Assembly (NCBI GenBank): GCA_963822445.1
Contig: CAWGHO010000002.1
Coordinates: 1,152,001-1,216,000, forward strand
Length of the DNA stretch: 64,000 nucleotides
Direction of reading: 5' to 3'
Origin: an uncultured Acidobacteriota bacterium
GTDB taxonomy: Bacteria > Acidobacteriota > Thermoanaerobaculia > Gp7-AA8
Below, one piece after another: positions 45,509 to 55,600 of this stretch; the first letter of the stretch is position 1, and every line of letters begins with the position of its first letter. The notes under the pieces were generated by a model that did not search any database, had not been told where the DNA came from, and saw nothing but the letters and a program-made list of their open reading frames with translations. A program made the position numbers and the translations under genes.

Positions 45509-46471
45509 CTAGCGGCGGAGGAGGAAAAGGCAGGCGAACGCGAGGGTCAGGGTGAGGAGGAGGGAGCCAGACCGACCAATGGTGGGGATGTCCATCTCGC
45601 CGTCATGCGACAACCCTGCAACCAGACCGGTGGGGTTGTTGGTATTCCAGACCTCCCGGCGAGACAGCTCTCGGCCGTCGGCCAGGAAAACGCGGAGGAG
45701 ATAACCGCGCGGCCCGTCGCATACCGGCAGCGCAGCGATCCACAGATCACGGCCGTCAGGCGAGACCGCGATCTCATGTGCGAAGACCTCGCCCTCGAGG
45801 TCATACCAATCCAACGATGCGACAAGCCGGATCACCGCGCCCAAGGAGTCGTGAAGAACGACAAGGTTGCCGTGTTCGTACGCGGCGAGAACGTTTCCGT
45901 CGGGAAGAGGCTCGAGATCCGCTGGCTGATCCGCAAGGGGAAAGTCCGGCAGAACCGCTCCCGTACACGCATTGATGCGCCCCACGCCGACCGCTTTCGA
46001 GTAGAACAGGGTACATCCGTCGGGGGAGACTGAGAGAAACCCGAAAAAGAAGTCGAATCCGGGCAGCGGGTAGGTTGCTTGTTTCGTGGCATCGGGCGAG
46101 ATCACCACGATTTGTTGATTGTTCGTGGCAACGAACACCCGCCCGTCGGGGGCAACAGCGATCAGCTCTCCAAAGCCATCCGACGAACTGCTGAAGAATG
46201 CGGTGCGCCATCCACCCGGCCCAATCCGGGCGATGCGCATCGGGTCTCCGGACACCAATGCCAATACGCTCTCGCCATCCGCAGATGCCAGTGACAGCAC
46301 GTCGGTGCCGGACTCAATCCGATCCGGCCTTACCCATTGCACGTGGGGTGGCAGTGGAAACGGCGTGATGTAACAGCCGGCTACGCCGTGGGTCGACAGA
46401 ACGGCTTCGAACGGTTCCTGCCCGGCTGCTATGGAAGCAGTCAGTAGCCACGCGACCAGGGCAGTCCGCAT
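45509..46471 (-). CDS. Secreted beta-propeller protein with IPTL-CTERM-like tail
   Basis: Signal peptide; repeated (A/S)PDG blades; C-terminal DIPTIGRSGSLLLTLTLAFACLFLLRR. Confidence 0.72.
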   Translation of the reverse strand: MRTALVAWLLTASIAAGQEPFEAVLSTHGVAGCYITPFPLPPHVQWVRPDRIESGTDVLSLASADGESVLALVSGDPMRIARIGPGGWRTAFFSSSSDGFGELIAVAPDGRVFVATNNQQIVVISPDATKQATYPLPGFDFFFGFLSVSPDGCTLFYSKAVGVGRINACTGAVLPDFPLADQPADLEPLPDGNVLAAYEHGNLVVLHDSLGAVIRLVASLDWYDLEGEVFAHEIAVSPDGRDLWIAALPVCDGPRGYLLRVFLADGRELSRREVWNTNNPTGLVAGLSHDGEMDIPTIGRSGSLLLTLTLAFACLFLLRR

Positions 46472-46504
46472 CCTGTGTATACTGCTTCAATCGCGAGGTT
46501 ATTT

Positions 46505-47332
46505 ATGAAAAGAAACGTGCTTGTGATGGGTGTGGTCCTTGCGCTGGTTGCTGTCCCCGCTTTCGCAGCGATCGAATACGAGTTCTCGCAGAAAACGACG
46601 ACCGAAGATCCGCTGCTGCCGGTAACGGACCTCTCCGCGAAAGCCGTCATCGACGGCTCGCGCATGAGGGTCGACTTCCGCAGCGGCTCTCTTTATCCGC
46701 CCGGCACCTACGCCGTCTCCACCGACCCCCGCCAGGTCTTCTTCGTCGATCCCTCGAACAAGACCTACACCGAGGTGAACATGGCCGGCGCGACGACGGC
46801 GCTGGCGGCGAGCAGCATCCGCATCGAAAACTTCCAGTCCAGGCTCGAGACCATGACCGATCGCCCGGTCATCGCCGGCGTCGAGACCGAGCATTACCGC
46901 ATCAACATCACCTACGACATCACCGTGCGCATGGGCAATCTCCCGCTCAAGCGCCACGTCAAGACCACCATCGACAGCTGGAACACCAACCGCTTCGGCG
47001 ACATGGCCCAGGACTTCATCTCCGGCGGCCGGACCTACAGCACCGGCAACGAGCAGCTCGACAAGCTGATGGCCTCCACCCGCCTGCCTGGCTTCCCACT
47101 GCGCCAGACCATCACCACCAGGACCCAGCACGACCTGCCCCAGAACAAGAACTCCAAGATCGAGATCGCCCCGGTGAGGACCGCCGTGCGGGAAATGTGG
47201 GTGAACTCCATCCGCGAAATCCCCGCGACCGGAGTGCTCTTCACCATCCCGCTGACCTACGCCCGGGCCGACGAGCCCGACGCGCCCAGAGCGGCCACGA
47301 AGGTCCTCACGTTCGAGCCCGAGGGAAAGTAG
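46505..47332 (+). CDS. Secreted protein, DUF4412-like
   Basis: Signal peptide; RMRVD, DPSNKTYTE, VIAGVETEHY, GFPLR, LFTIP..Y. Confidence 0.7.
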   Translation: MKRNVLVMGVVLALVAVPAFAAIEYEFSQKTTTEDPLLPVTDLSAKAVIDGSRMRVDFRSGSLYPPGTYAVSTDPRQVFFVDPSNKTYTEVNMAGATTALAASSIRIENFQSRLETMTDRPVIAGVETEHYRINITYDITVRMGNLPLKRHVKTTIDSWNTNRFGDMAQDFISGGRTYSTGNEQLDKLMASTRLPGFPLRQTITTRTQHDLPQNKNSKIEIAPVRTAVREMWVNSIREIPATGVLFTIPLTYARADEPDAPRAATKVLTFEPEGK

Positions 47333-47407
47333 CGGCCCGAAAGGCATCTGCTACCATCCCCGCCAAGCGCCAGTCGTCCCTGACAGTCTTCGCTCAATTC
47401 ACCGTTC

Positions 47408-48766
47408 ATGAAGTCATATCGCGCCGAAACCGGACGTTCGGGAAAAGCTCCGAGAGGGACGCTCAGGCGGCCCCGGGCATTCGTCGCACTGGCCGTTCCT
47501 CTGGGCGTCCTGCTTTTCCTCGCCGCCGTCCGCAACCAGCCTGAATTCGGCGCGGTCAACGCGTCGGCGGCCGTACCGGCCGTCCAGCTGCGCTACGACG
47601 AGCTTCGCAAGCCGTTCCGCGCCGAGCTTCCCGAGCACTCGCTGATCCTCACCGTCGAGCCGAACGACACCCTCGACGGCGTTCTGACGGCGGGCGGTCT
47701 GACGCGCGGCGAAAGCGCGCTCCTGACCCGCGAGTTCGGCAAGTCCTTCGACGTCCGCCGCCTCCGCCCCGGTCACATGGTCCGCTTTCACTACGACCAG
47801 GTCGGCGTCGTCGACGGCGTGCAGATGAAAATCACCGGCTGGGGCGAGCTCGCCGCGGTCCGCAACGGTGCCGGCTTCGAAGTGGAAGCGCGTCCCGCGC
47901 AAACGCGGCAGATCGAAACGACGATCTCCGCGACCGTCGATCGCTCACTCTACGAAGCCATCCGCGATGCCGGCGAAGGCCCGCAGCTCGTGCAGCAGCT
48001 CGTCGACGTCTTCCAGTGGGACATCGATTTCTTCGAGCTCCGCCGCGGCGACACGTTCAGCTTCGTGGTCAGCAAACACTTCGCGGGAAGCGACGTCGTC
48101 GGCTACGGACCGATCACCGCCGCGCGCTTCACCCATCGCGGCACGACCTACGAGGCCTTCCGCCATGAAAGCGCGGATGGATTCGCCGGCTATTACGGCC
48201 GCGGCGGCGCGCCGCTTCGCAAGCAGTTCCTCAAAGCGCCGCTGAAGTTCTCGCGCGTCACGTCCGGCTTCAGCAAGCGCCGCTTTCATCCGGTGCTCAA
48301 GTACTTCCGCCCGCATCACGGCATCGACTACGGCGCGCCCGTGGGAACGCCGGTGATGACCACCGCCGACGGCGTGGTCGTGGAAGCCCGCTACAAACAG
48401 GGCGAAGGGAACTTCGTCCGCATCCGCCACAGCTCGACGTACGACACGTATTACCTGCACCTTTCGCGCTTCGCCAAAGGACTGAAGAAGGGCACGAAAG
48501 TCACGCAGGGAGATGTGATCGGCTACGTGGGCATGACCGGTCTCGCGACGGGCCCGCATCTCGACTACCGTGTGACCGAGCGCGGCAAGTGGCTGAATCC
48601 CCTCAATCTCAAATCGATCACGCCCGATCCGTTGCGCGGCGCGCAACTGGCGCGGTACCGCGCGAACGTCGCGCGATTGGTGACGCGGCTCGATCTTCCG
48701 GCGAGCGCTGCCGTCGCCGAAAAGAACCTCAGCGCCGCCGGTCGCACGAGCCGGGCACTCTTCTAG
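47408..48766 (+). CDS. M23 peptidoglycan DD-endopeptidase (MepM-like)
   Basis: HHGIDYGAP, YLHLS, TGPHLDY. Confidence 0.92.
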   Translation: MKSYRAETGRSGKAPRGTLRRPRAFVALAVPLGVLLFLAAVRNQPEFGAVNASAAVPAVQLRYDELRKPFRAELPEHSLILTVEPNDTLDGVLTAGGLTRGESALLTREFGKSFDVRRLRPGHMVRFHYDQVGVVDGVQMKITGWGELAAVRNGAGFEVEARPAQTRQIETTISATVDRSLYEAIRDAGEGPQLVQQLVDVFQWDIDFFELRRGDTFSFVVSKHFAGSDVVGYGPITAARFTHRGTTYEAFRHESADGFAGYYGRGGAPLRKQFLKAPLKFSRVTSGFSKRRFHPVLKYFRPHHGIDYGAPVGTPVMTTADGVVVEARYKQGEGNFVRIRHSSTYDTYYLHLSRFAKGLKKGTKVTQGDVIGYVGMTGLATGPHLDYRVTERGKWLNPLNLKSITPDPLRGAQLARYRANVARLVTRLDLPASAAVAEKNLSAAGRTSRALF

Positions 48767-48785
48767 CAAAATCGGCGTCCCACAT

Positions 48786-50660
48786 ATGAACAAGGTCATC
48801 GTCCGCGCGCCGGTTCGCGCCGATCTCGCTGGCGGTACTCTCGATCTCTGGCCGCTGTATCTGTTTCATCCAGGCTCGCGAACCGTCAACGTCGCCATCT
48901 CGTTTTACGCGGAGTCGGAAGTCTGTGAGACGGGCGACGGCGCGATCGAAGTCCATCTCACCGATCAGCAATATCGCCAGCGCTACGAATCCCTCGGCGA
49001 AATGGCGAACGACCCCAAGGTCTCGCTGCTGCACCGGCTCATCGATCACTTCAAGCTCTCGGGCGTAAAGATCATCACCCGCACCGATGCGCCTCGCGGC
49101 TCGGGCCTCGGCGGCTCGTCGGCACTGGCGATCACACTAGTGCGCGCGTTCTCGGAGATGGCCGGGCAACCGGTCGAAGGCGACGATCTGATCTTCCTCG
49201 TCCGCGACCTGGAAACGCGCCTCCTCGGCGTCCCGGCCGGCATTCAGGATTACTACCCGCCGGTCTACGGCGGACTGGGATCGCTGCACCTCAATCCCGG
49301 CAAGCCGATGCGCCATCCGCTGCAGACGTCCGTGTCGGATCTCGGTGCGCACATGCTCATGCACTACACCGGCATCGCGCACTTCTCCGGCACGAACAAC
49401 TGGGAGATGTACAAGCGCCACGTCGACGGCAAGAAGAAAGTACAGAAAGGCTTTCGCGCGATCGCGGAGATCTCCATCGAAATGGAGCGCGCGCTCGACT
49501 CGGGGAACTTCGAGGCCGCGGGCGCCGCACTGGGGAAAGAGTGGCAGGCCCGGAAGGCGTTGATCGACGGCATCTCCACGCCGGAGATCGATGCAGCCAT
49601 TGACGCGGCTACGAAAGCCGGCGCGTGGGCGGGCAAGGTTTGTGGTGCGGGTGGCGGCGGATGCATCGTGTTCCTGTTTCCGCCGGAGCGCCGCGAAGAG
49701 ATCGTGCGCGCGCTGGCGACGGTTCCCGGTCGCGTGCTCGATGCGGTCCCGGTCGCGCACGGCATGACCGTCGACAGCGATCGCGACGCGAAGCCATCCG
49801 CGGCAGCACCGCGCGCACGACTGCATTCGCGTCGCGCGGGGACGCTCGATCAGCTCTACGTCTACGGCGGCGAGGGCGACTATCGGCCGTACATCCTCGC
49901 CGAAGGAATCGTCACGCACGTGGAAGGACGCAGCGGCCTGCACCTTTCGGCGATGCGTTCCTACGTCGCGCCGATCGCGCCGGCGGACGGAAAGGTGATG
50001 TGGAATCAGGCGTCGCAGATCGACGCGGAGAAGCTCGATATCCGCGCGGTTCCTGAATCGATCCGGCAGATCGACATCGCCATCACTCCCGAAGCGCTGC
50101 AGCAGAGCGCCGCGCAGTCGCAGGATGGCTTCAAGCAGTTTCTCGAGCAGAACGAGCGGCTGCAGATCTTCCATAACCCGGCCTTCGGGCTTTTCTCGGA
50201 AGCGGGCGAGACGCGTCAGGCTTTCCTCGATCGCTGTCAGGAAGAAGCGAATCGTCGCGTGGGCGACGCGCAGGAGCGGCTGGAGAGCACGTTCCGCCGC
50301 CGCATCGATCAGCTGCGCGAGCGCTCCGAGCGCGAGCAGCGCGAGCTCGACGACAGGACACAGGAAGAGGGCGGACGCCACGACGACAAGAACGAGGTGA
50401 ACGTCGCGTGGGGGCAGGCGCTCTACAACATCACCAGCGGCCGCCGCGCCGCGGTGGTGGATGAGAAGGTGTCCGCGCGCGAGACGGATTACCTCGAGCA
50501 CATCGCCCAGATCCAGCGGGCCTGGGACCGCGAGCTAGAGGCCCTGCGCGACGAGCTCTCTGCGAAGGCCCGTTCGATCGAGGACATCGCCATCGTTCCA
50601 ACGGGGAAGAACATCGAGGTCACGAAGTACCTGATTCTCTGGGCAGCCAGCCTGCCGTAG
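48786..50660 (+). CDS. GHMP kinase (HddA-like) fused to a C-terminal coiled-coil-containing domain
   Basis: APVRADLAGG..D, PRGSGLGGSS, GIQD, KVCGAGGGG; about 290 additional residues. Confidence 0.85.
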   Translation: MNKVIVRAPVRADLAGGTLDLWPLYLFHPGSRTVNVAISFYAESEVCETGDGAIEVHLTDQQYRQRYESLGEMANDPKVSLLHRLIDHFKLSGVKIITRTDAPRGSGLGGSSALAITLVRAFSEMAGQPVEGDDLIFLVRDLETRLLGVPAGIQDYYPPVYGGLGSLHLNPGKPMRHPLQTSVSDLGAHMLMHYTGIAHFSGTNNWEMYKRHVDGKKKVQKGFRAIAEISIEMERALDSGNFEAAGAALGKEWQARKALIDGISTPEIDAAIDAATKAGAWAGKVCGAGGGGCIVFLFPPERREEIVRALATVPGRVLDAVPVAHGMTVDSDRDAKPSAAAPRARLHSRRAGTLDQLYVYGGEGDYRPYILAEGIVTHVEGRSGLHLSAMRSYVAPIAPADGKVMWNQASQIDAEKLDIRAVPESIRQIDIAITPEALQQSAAQSQDGFKQFLEQNERLQIFHNPAFGLFSEAGETRQAFLDRCQEEANRRVGDAQERLESTFRRRIDQLRERSEREQRELDDRTQEEGGRHDDKNEVNVAWGQALYNITSGRRAAVVDEKVSARETDYLEHIAQIQRAWDRELEALRDELSAKARSIEDIAIVPTGKNIEVTKYLILWAASLP

Positions 50661-50775
50661 GGCCGGCACGGCCGGCGGCGTTGGTTGCCAAAGGCTTAGG
50701 CTCGAGCGTCGCCGGAATCTTTCCCACAGCGATCGGTTAGTACCAACCTGCGGCGTGTTAGCATCCCCGCCGTGT

Positions 50776-50852
50776 CGGGCAGTAGCGCAGCCTGGTAGCG
50801 TACCTGAATGGGGTTCAGGTGGTCGGGGGTTCAAATCCCCCCTGCCCGACCA
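50776..50852 (+). tRNA. tRNA-Pro(GGG)
   Basis: CGGGCAG acceptor stem, D-arm TAGCGCAGCCTGGTAGCG, anticodon arm CCTGA-ATGGGGT-TCAGG, GGTTCAAATCC, encoded CCA. Confidence 0.97.
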
Positions 50853-52626
50853 AATCCACCTCCCCATCCTCCTCCTCCGACCACACCCTTCGTCCTGGGT
50901 ACGGCCAGCTCGTCGGGAACGGATTGCGCGTTCTCAGTTTGCCGCCGGTGCAGGGGCCGAGGTCGCCGTTGGGGCAGCGGGTGGTGTTGCTGGTGCAGAC
51001 GGCAGGGTCGATGGTCGTTGCGTCGTAGGCCACCGTCTTTTCATCGTCATCCGGGAGCTTGACCTTCAGTTCTCCCGACTCGAAGGCGATGCCGGCGTCC
51101 GCCAGGTTTGCGCCGCCGAGCTTGGCGTTCGAGAAGTCGGCGCCGTGCAGATAGGCGCGCGCGAGGTTCACGTCGACCGAGAGATCGGCGCCCTGGAAGT
51201 TGCAGCCGATCAGACAGGCGTACGAGAACTTCGTTCCATGCATCAGCTTCTGCTCGACGGCCGAAAAGTTCACCGCTTTCATGTACGCGTTGTTGAAAAC
51301 CGCGCCGCGCACGGTCGCCCCGGTGAACACCCCTTCCTCCAGCAGTGCGCCGACGAAGCTCACGCCCGAGGCGTTTGCGTTCGCGAATGACGCGCCGCTC
51401 AGGTCGGTGCCGGTGAAGTCGGCGGCAGCGATGGCACTCCCGTCGGGAAGCGACACGCCTTCGAGGCGCGCCTCGTCGAACGTCGCGCCGAAGAGCTTCG
51501 CGTTCGTGAATCCCACCGCGTGGAGCGTTGCCTTGTTGAACTTCGCGGACGACGCGTTCAATCCTCCGAGATCCATTCCGGTCAGGACGGCCTTCTGCGC
51601 ATCCAGGCCGGAGACGGTGGCAGGGAGCGCCTCCATCACGACATAGTCGAGGTGGCGGTTCGTCCACTTCGGGCCGACCAGCGCGTACTTGAGCTTCGCG
51701 TACGAAAAGCGCGCCGGCGCGCCGTCGGGAGAGTCGAGGTTGAGCGCGGTCGTCGACACCACTTTGCGCAGATCGCAATGGGAAAAGTCGCAGCTCTTGC
51801 CAGTTACGCCGGTGAGGATGGTCCCGTCCATCGACTTCGCGCGCGAGAAGTCCACCGCATCGAGATTCGCTCCGGTGAAATCGGCGCCGTCGAGGTTCGC
51901 CGATCCGAAACGCGCGCGGTCGAACTTGCCGCCATTGAACTTCGTTCCCTTCAGTGTCGCGCCATTGAAATCCGCGTAGCCGAACTCGACGCCGTTCAGA
52001 TCCTCGCCCGACAGATCGACGCGCGCGTTGCCGAATGACCGGAAGTCATAGCGCTCGACCTTCTTCGTGCCCGCGGTCATGTCTCTCACGCCGTCGGCGT
52101 GTTGCTCGATCGTGAAGATCGTTGGGGGATTCGTCGGATGAGAGGTGATGTTCGTGATGCCATATTGCGGAGGGGAGTAATCGAGATCCTGCGGCGACGG
52201 ATATCGCGACAGGAGATTGGTGACACCGGTCTGCATCGCTTCCGGGCGCTTGAACGCGAGTCGCGTTTTCCACGATCCGTCGGCACGCGCCGCGCGGATC
52301 AGCGAGAGATCGAAGTAGGCCGTGTAGACCGCCACCGGATAGCGCGGATTGCCGGTCGGTTTGGTGCTCGGCACGATGTCGTCGAGCCGCTCTCCGCCGA
52401 ACGCCACGATCTCGCCGTTGAAAGCCTGCAGGACCACCCAGCCGTCCATCCGTTCGTACGCCAGAAACTGCGACGCGTAGTCGGGAAGGTCGACCACTTT
52501 CCTCGGCTCCTGGCCAGGGAGTTTGAACTTCTTGTTCGCCTTGTGCACGAGTCCGACGCGCGAGTCGAAGAAGATCAGCTTGTAGTCGTTGTAGTAGAAC
52601 GAGAACTTCCCGGCGAAGCGATTCAC
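50815..52626 (-). CDS. Pentapeptide-repeat protein with distinct N-terminal domain (~603 aa)
   Basis: GTG start overlaps the upstream TGA, with an AAGGA SD; long A(D/N)(F/L)xx repeat tract; C-terminal C..TTRCPNG..GPC. The track ORF start at 53742 is spurious. Confidence 0.88.
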   Translation of the reverse strand: MNRFAGKFSFYYNDYKLIFFDSRVGLVHKANKKFKLPGQEPRKVVDLPDYASQFLAYERMDGWVVLQAFNGEIVAFGGERLDDIVPSTKPTGNPRYPVAVYTAYFDLSLIRAARADGSWKTRLAFKRPEAMQTGVTNLLSRYPSPQDLDYSPPQYGITNITSHPTNPPTIFTIEQHADGVRDMTAGTKKVERYDFRSFGNARVDLSGEDLNGVEFGYADFNGATLKGTKFNGGKFDRARFGSANLDGADFTGANLDAVDFSRAKSMDGTILTGVTGKSCDFSHCDLRKVVSTTALNLDSPDGAPARFSYAKLKYALVGPKWTNRHLDYVVMEALPATVSGLDAQKAVLTGMDLGGLNASSAKFNKATLHAVGFTNAKLFGATFDEARLEGVSLPDGSAIAAADFTGTDLSGASFANANASGVSFVGALLEEGVFTGATVRGAVFNNAYMKAVNFSAVEQKLMHGTKFSYACLIGCNFQGADLSVDVNLARAYLHGADFSNAKLGGANLADAGIAFESGELKVKLPDDDEKTVAYDATTIDPAVCTSNTTRCPNGDLGPCTGGKLRTRNPFPTSWPYPGRRVWSEEEDGEVDLVGQGGFEPPTT

Positions 52627-55600
52627 GCGTTTCCTTTCTTCGGCGGCGCGGGTGGGCGCCAGTGGCTGATCGACGGCTCGAGACGGCGGTCGCGGCCGCG
52701 CAACGTCTCGTAGTTGAGGGCGAAGAGATTGCGCAGCAGATCGACGGTGATGCGAGCCGCGGTGAAGTTGCGCGTGGACGTGAGGAACGCGCCCGACGGA
52801 TCGTAGAGATCGATGCGGTAGTCCTCCGGCTTGCGGCCGTCGCCGGAGTAGCCGAGGACGAAGACGTGTCCCTTCGCCTCGCAGGCCATGTCCAGCAGGT
52901 TCAGGCGCGGCTCGCGGCGCACGGACAGAATCGGTGTCGCCGCGCTCGTGCTCGCACCGAAGTACGCGACCGGATTGCCGTTGACGTCGAAGCACTGCAC
53001 GCGCTCGTTCTTTTCCTCGAGCACGAGCACGCGACCGTCCAGCGCCAGTGTGATCGCGATCGGCGCCTGGATCAGTCCATGACGAGATCCTTCGCCGGAG
53101 AGCGCCACGGCCAGCGGCGCCTCGGCATCGGAATACGGCTTGTCGGGAAGCTGCAGGCGGAAGATCGCGTGCACGCCGCGCCGGATGCCGTACACGTAGC
53201 CATCCGGATGAACGACCATCGCATCGACGGCTTCGCGGAATCGTCCCCAGCTCTCGTTCGTGCGGATCTTGAACTCGGGACGCGGTCCCTCGAACTGGAG
53301 ACGTACGCGGCGCAGGTGAAATCCGGACGCGGGATCGCCGCCCTCTTCGTACTTGCCGCGTGACGGATCGATGAAGAAATTGCGGCCGGTGCCGTTGTCG
53401 GGTGAGGTGATGTCGTACGCGATACCGCCCGGATTCGTGAAGCCCGTCGCCGGCGCGGCGTATGCGTTCTCCGGCTTGTCTAGCACGGAGAGGTTCTGCA
53501 CCGTGAAGGTACTGTTCGGCGCGTTCGCGTTCGCGGCCGCGAGGCTCTGATCGGATGATTGCCATGCGTAGCCGACCATCTGCGGATACTGGGCGATGGT
53601 GACGGAGTGCAGCTTCTCGATGGTTCCACCCACCTTCGACGGCGTGAATTTCGTCGCCGTCGGCGGTTCTTTGACCGCCGGTACCCAGACGTGTTTGTCG
53701 CCCTCGTAACCGATCTTCTCCATGTGCTCGTAGACCGACCATGTGCCGAGGGGAACTTCGTTGATGGCGATCTCGATCTTGGGGACTTCCAGCAGTGGGC
53801 TGCCGCCGGTGTTCCCTTCCGCCTTCATCCAGGGGCTGGCGCCCTGGCCCGATTGCCAGCTGTTTTCCGCGTAGAAGAAGACCATCACCCGCAGGTTGCC
53901 GGCGGCGGGGACTTCGCGGAACTGGACGATGATGTCGTCTTTGATGGTCGTCGGCGGAAGCATTTGCGTCAGCGCCGGGAGCGTCGCGCCGGAGTCATAG
54001 ACCACGACCACGCTCAGATGATGGTGATGGGCCGGATACGTGTGGTAGACGCTGCTGGAGGTGATCGTCACCTTGAGATCGATCGAGCGCGTGATCTCGG
54101 TGACGTGCACGCGCGGAGAGTTGGCGATGGCCGTCGATGTCTGCCCGACCGCCGCGGCCGTCGCAGCGATGTCGGCGACGAGGAACGCGATGTTGACGAA
54201 TGGGATCGCTCTCTTTGCCGCGCCGATAGCGATCATCTCCGCGATCGCCGCGGAGAGCTTGGTGATGCCGGCCTTCGCCAGCGCCGGAAGCAGCTTCTGG
54301 CCGATCTTCAGCGCCGTCTTGCCTGGATTTTCGGACGTGATGGTGTAGATGCCAGCGAGGCTCGCCAGAATCGCGCAGACCACCGGCTTCTCTTTGATGA
54401 GCTTGAGCAGGCCGCCTTCTTCCTTCGAGGGCTTGCCGCCGGCGGCGAGGACCACGACCGGCAACGCCAGCTCGAGTGTGACCGTGAGAATCTCGCCGGC
54501 CAGACAGGAAACCGGATCGCGCGTTCCCGAGCCGAGACCGCCGAACGAAACGCGCACCATCGATGCTTCCGCCGGCACCTGGAACACCAGATGGGTCGTG
54601 TCGGCCGAGAGGGGAATGCCCATGATGGCCTCGACCGGATTGACGATCTCGAGGAAGCGTTTGGTCGAGTCGGTGTCGAAGAGCCGTGCGCCTTCCGGAA
54701 CCGGAAAGCGCGTCGCCCAGTCGGCCGGTGCCTTCGGCTTGCCTGCAGGATCGAGGAACTCGACGTACGCCGAGAGGTGGCGCATCCAATGGTTCTTCGC
54801 CTTCACCATCATCGTGCCGCTCGATCCGGCATTGCGCACGACGACGTCGTGGAGCGCGCGAGTGCGCCCGCCCTGCTCCTTGAGCGCGAAGCAGGCTTTG
54901 GTGAACGGGCCGGCGCTGGTCGTGACGAGGTACTGCAGCTCGGTGCCGTCCGCGTTCAGACGACACGTGCCGCTCGCCTTCCGGGCGTCATCACGTTTCT
55001 CGAGGTTGACGTAGTACTTGGTTGGCTCGTCCCGATCCGGAAACAGCAGCCCCTCGAGATCGTCGAAGATCAGCCAGAGCTTGCCGTCCGTCAGCGCCTT
55101 CTTCAGCTCCGGCGTGAACGGCCCCACCGACTTGTCGTCCTGGCTCGACCAATAGCCCTCGGCTCGCCAGTTCGCGCTGCCACCCGGTGTGTACGGAACG
55201 ACATCTTCCAGGGCGAGCCCCGAGCTCGGCGTGAGGTTCTTGATCTTCCAGCGCACGTCGGCCGCGGCGCGTGGCGCGTCGTGCAGTGGTGGCGGCGACG
55301 ACTTCGGCCTTACGCTGCCTGAGTACGCGGCCTTGGTCATGCCGTACTGCAGGCTCCAGAGCTGCCCTTTGAGCCCTTCGCTCTGCTTGGCGTAGACGAG
55401 CGCGCGGCCGAGAGGAAGCTTGATTCGCTCCTTCACGTCCGGATGCAGATCCATGGTGAAGAGCGGCTTCCCCTGATCGTCGAACGCCGGCTTGCCGTCG
55501 TCCATGACGCGCACGACCGTCGACCAGTCCTCAGGATGAGCCGCAATCGCCTTCGTGAGGAGTCCGAATTCCTTGAGCGCCTTGCGGATGCATTCTTCAA

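Noticed and set aside
52627-53742. N-terminal 372 aa of the 975-aa track ORF
   Set aside because: Out-of-frame overlap with the 1177-aa gene and Arg-rich nonsense; the true start is GTG 52626.
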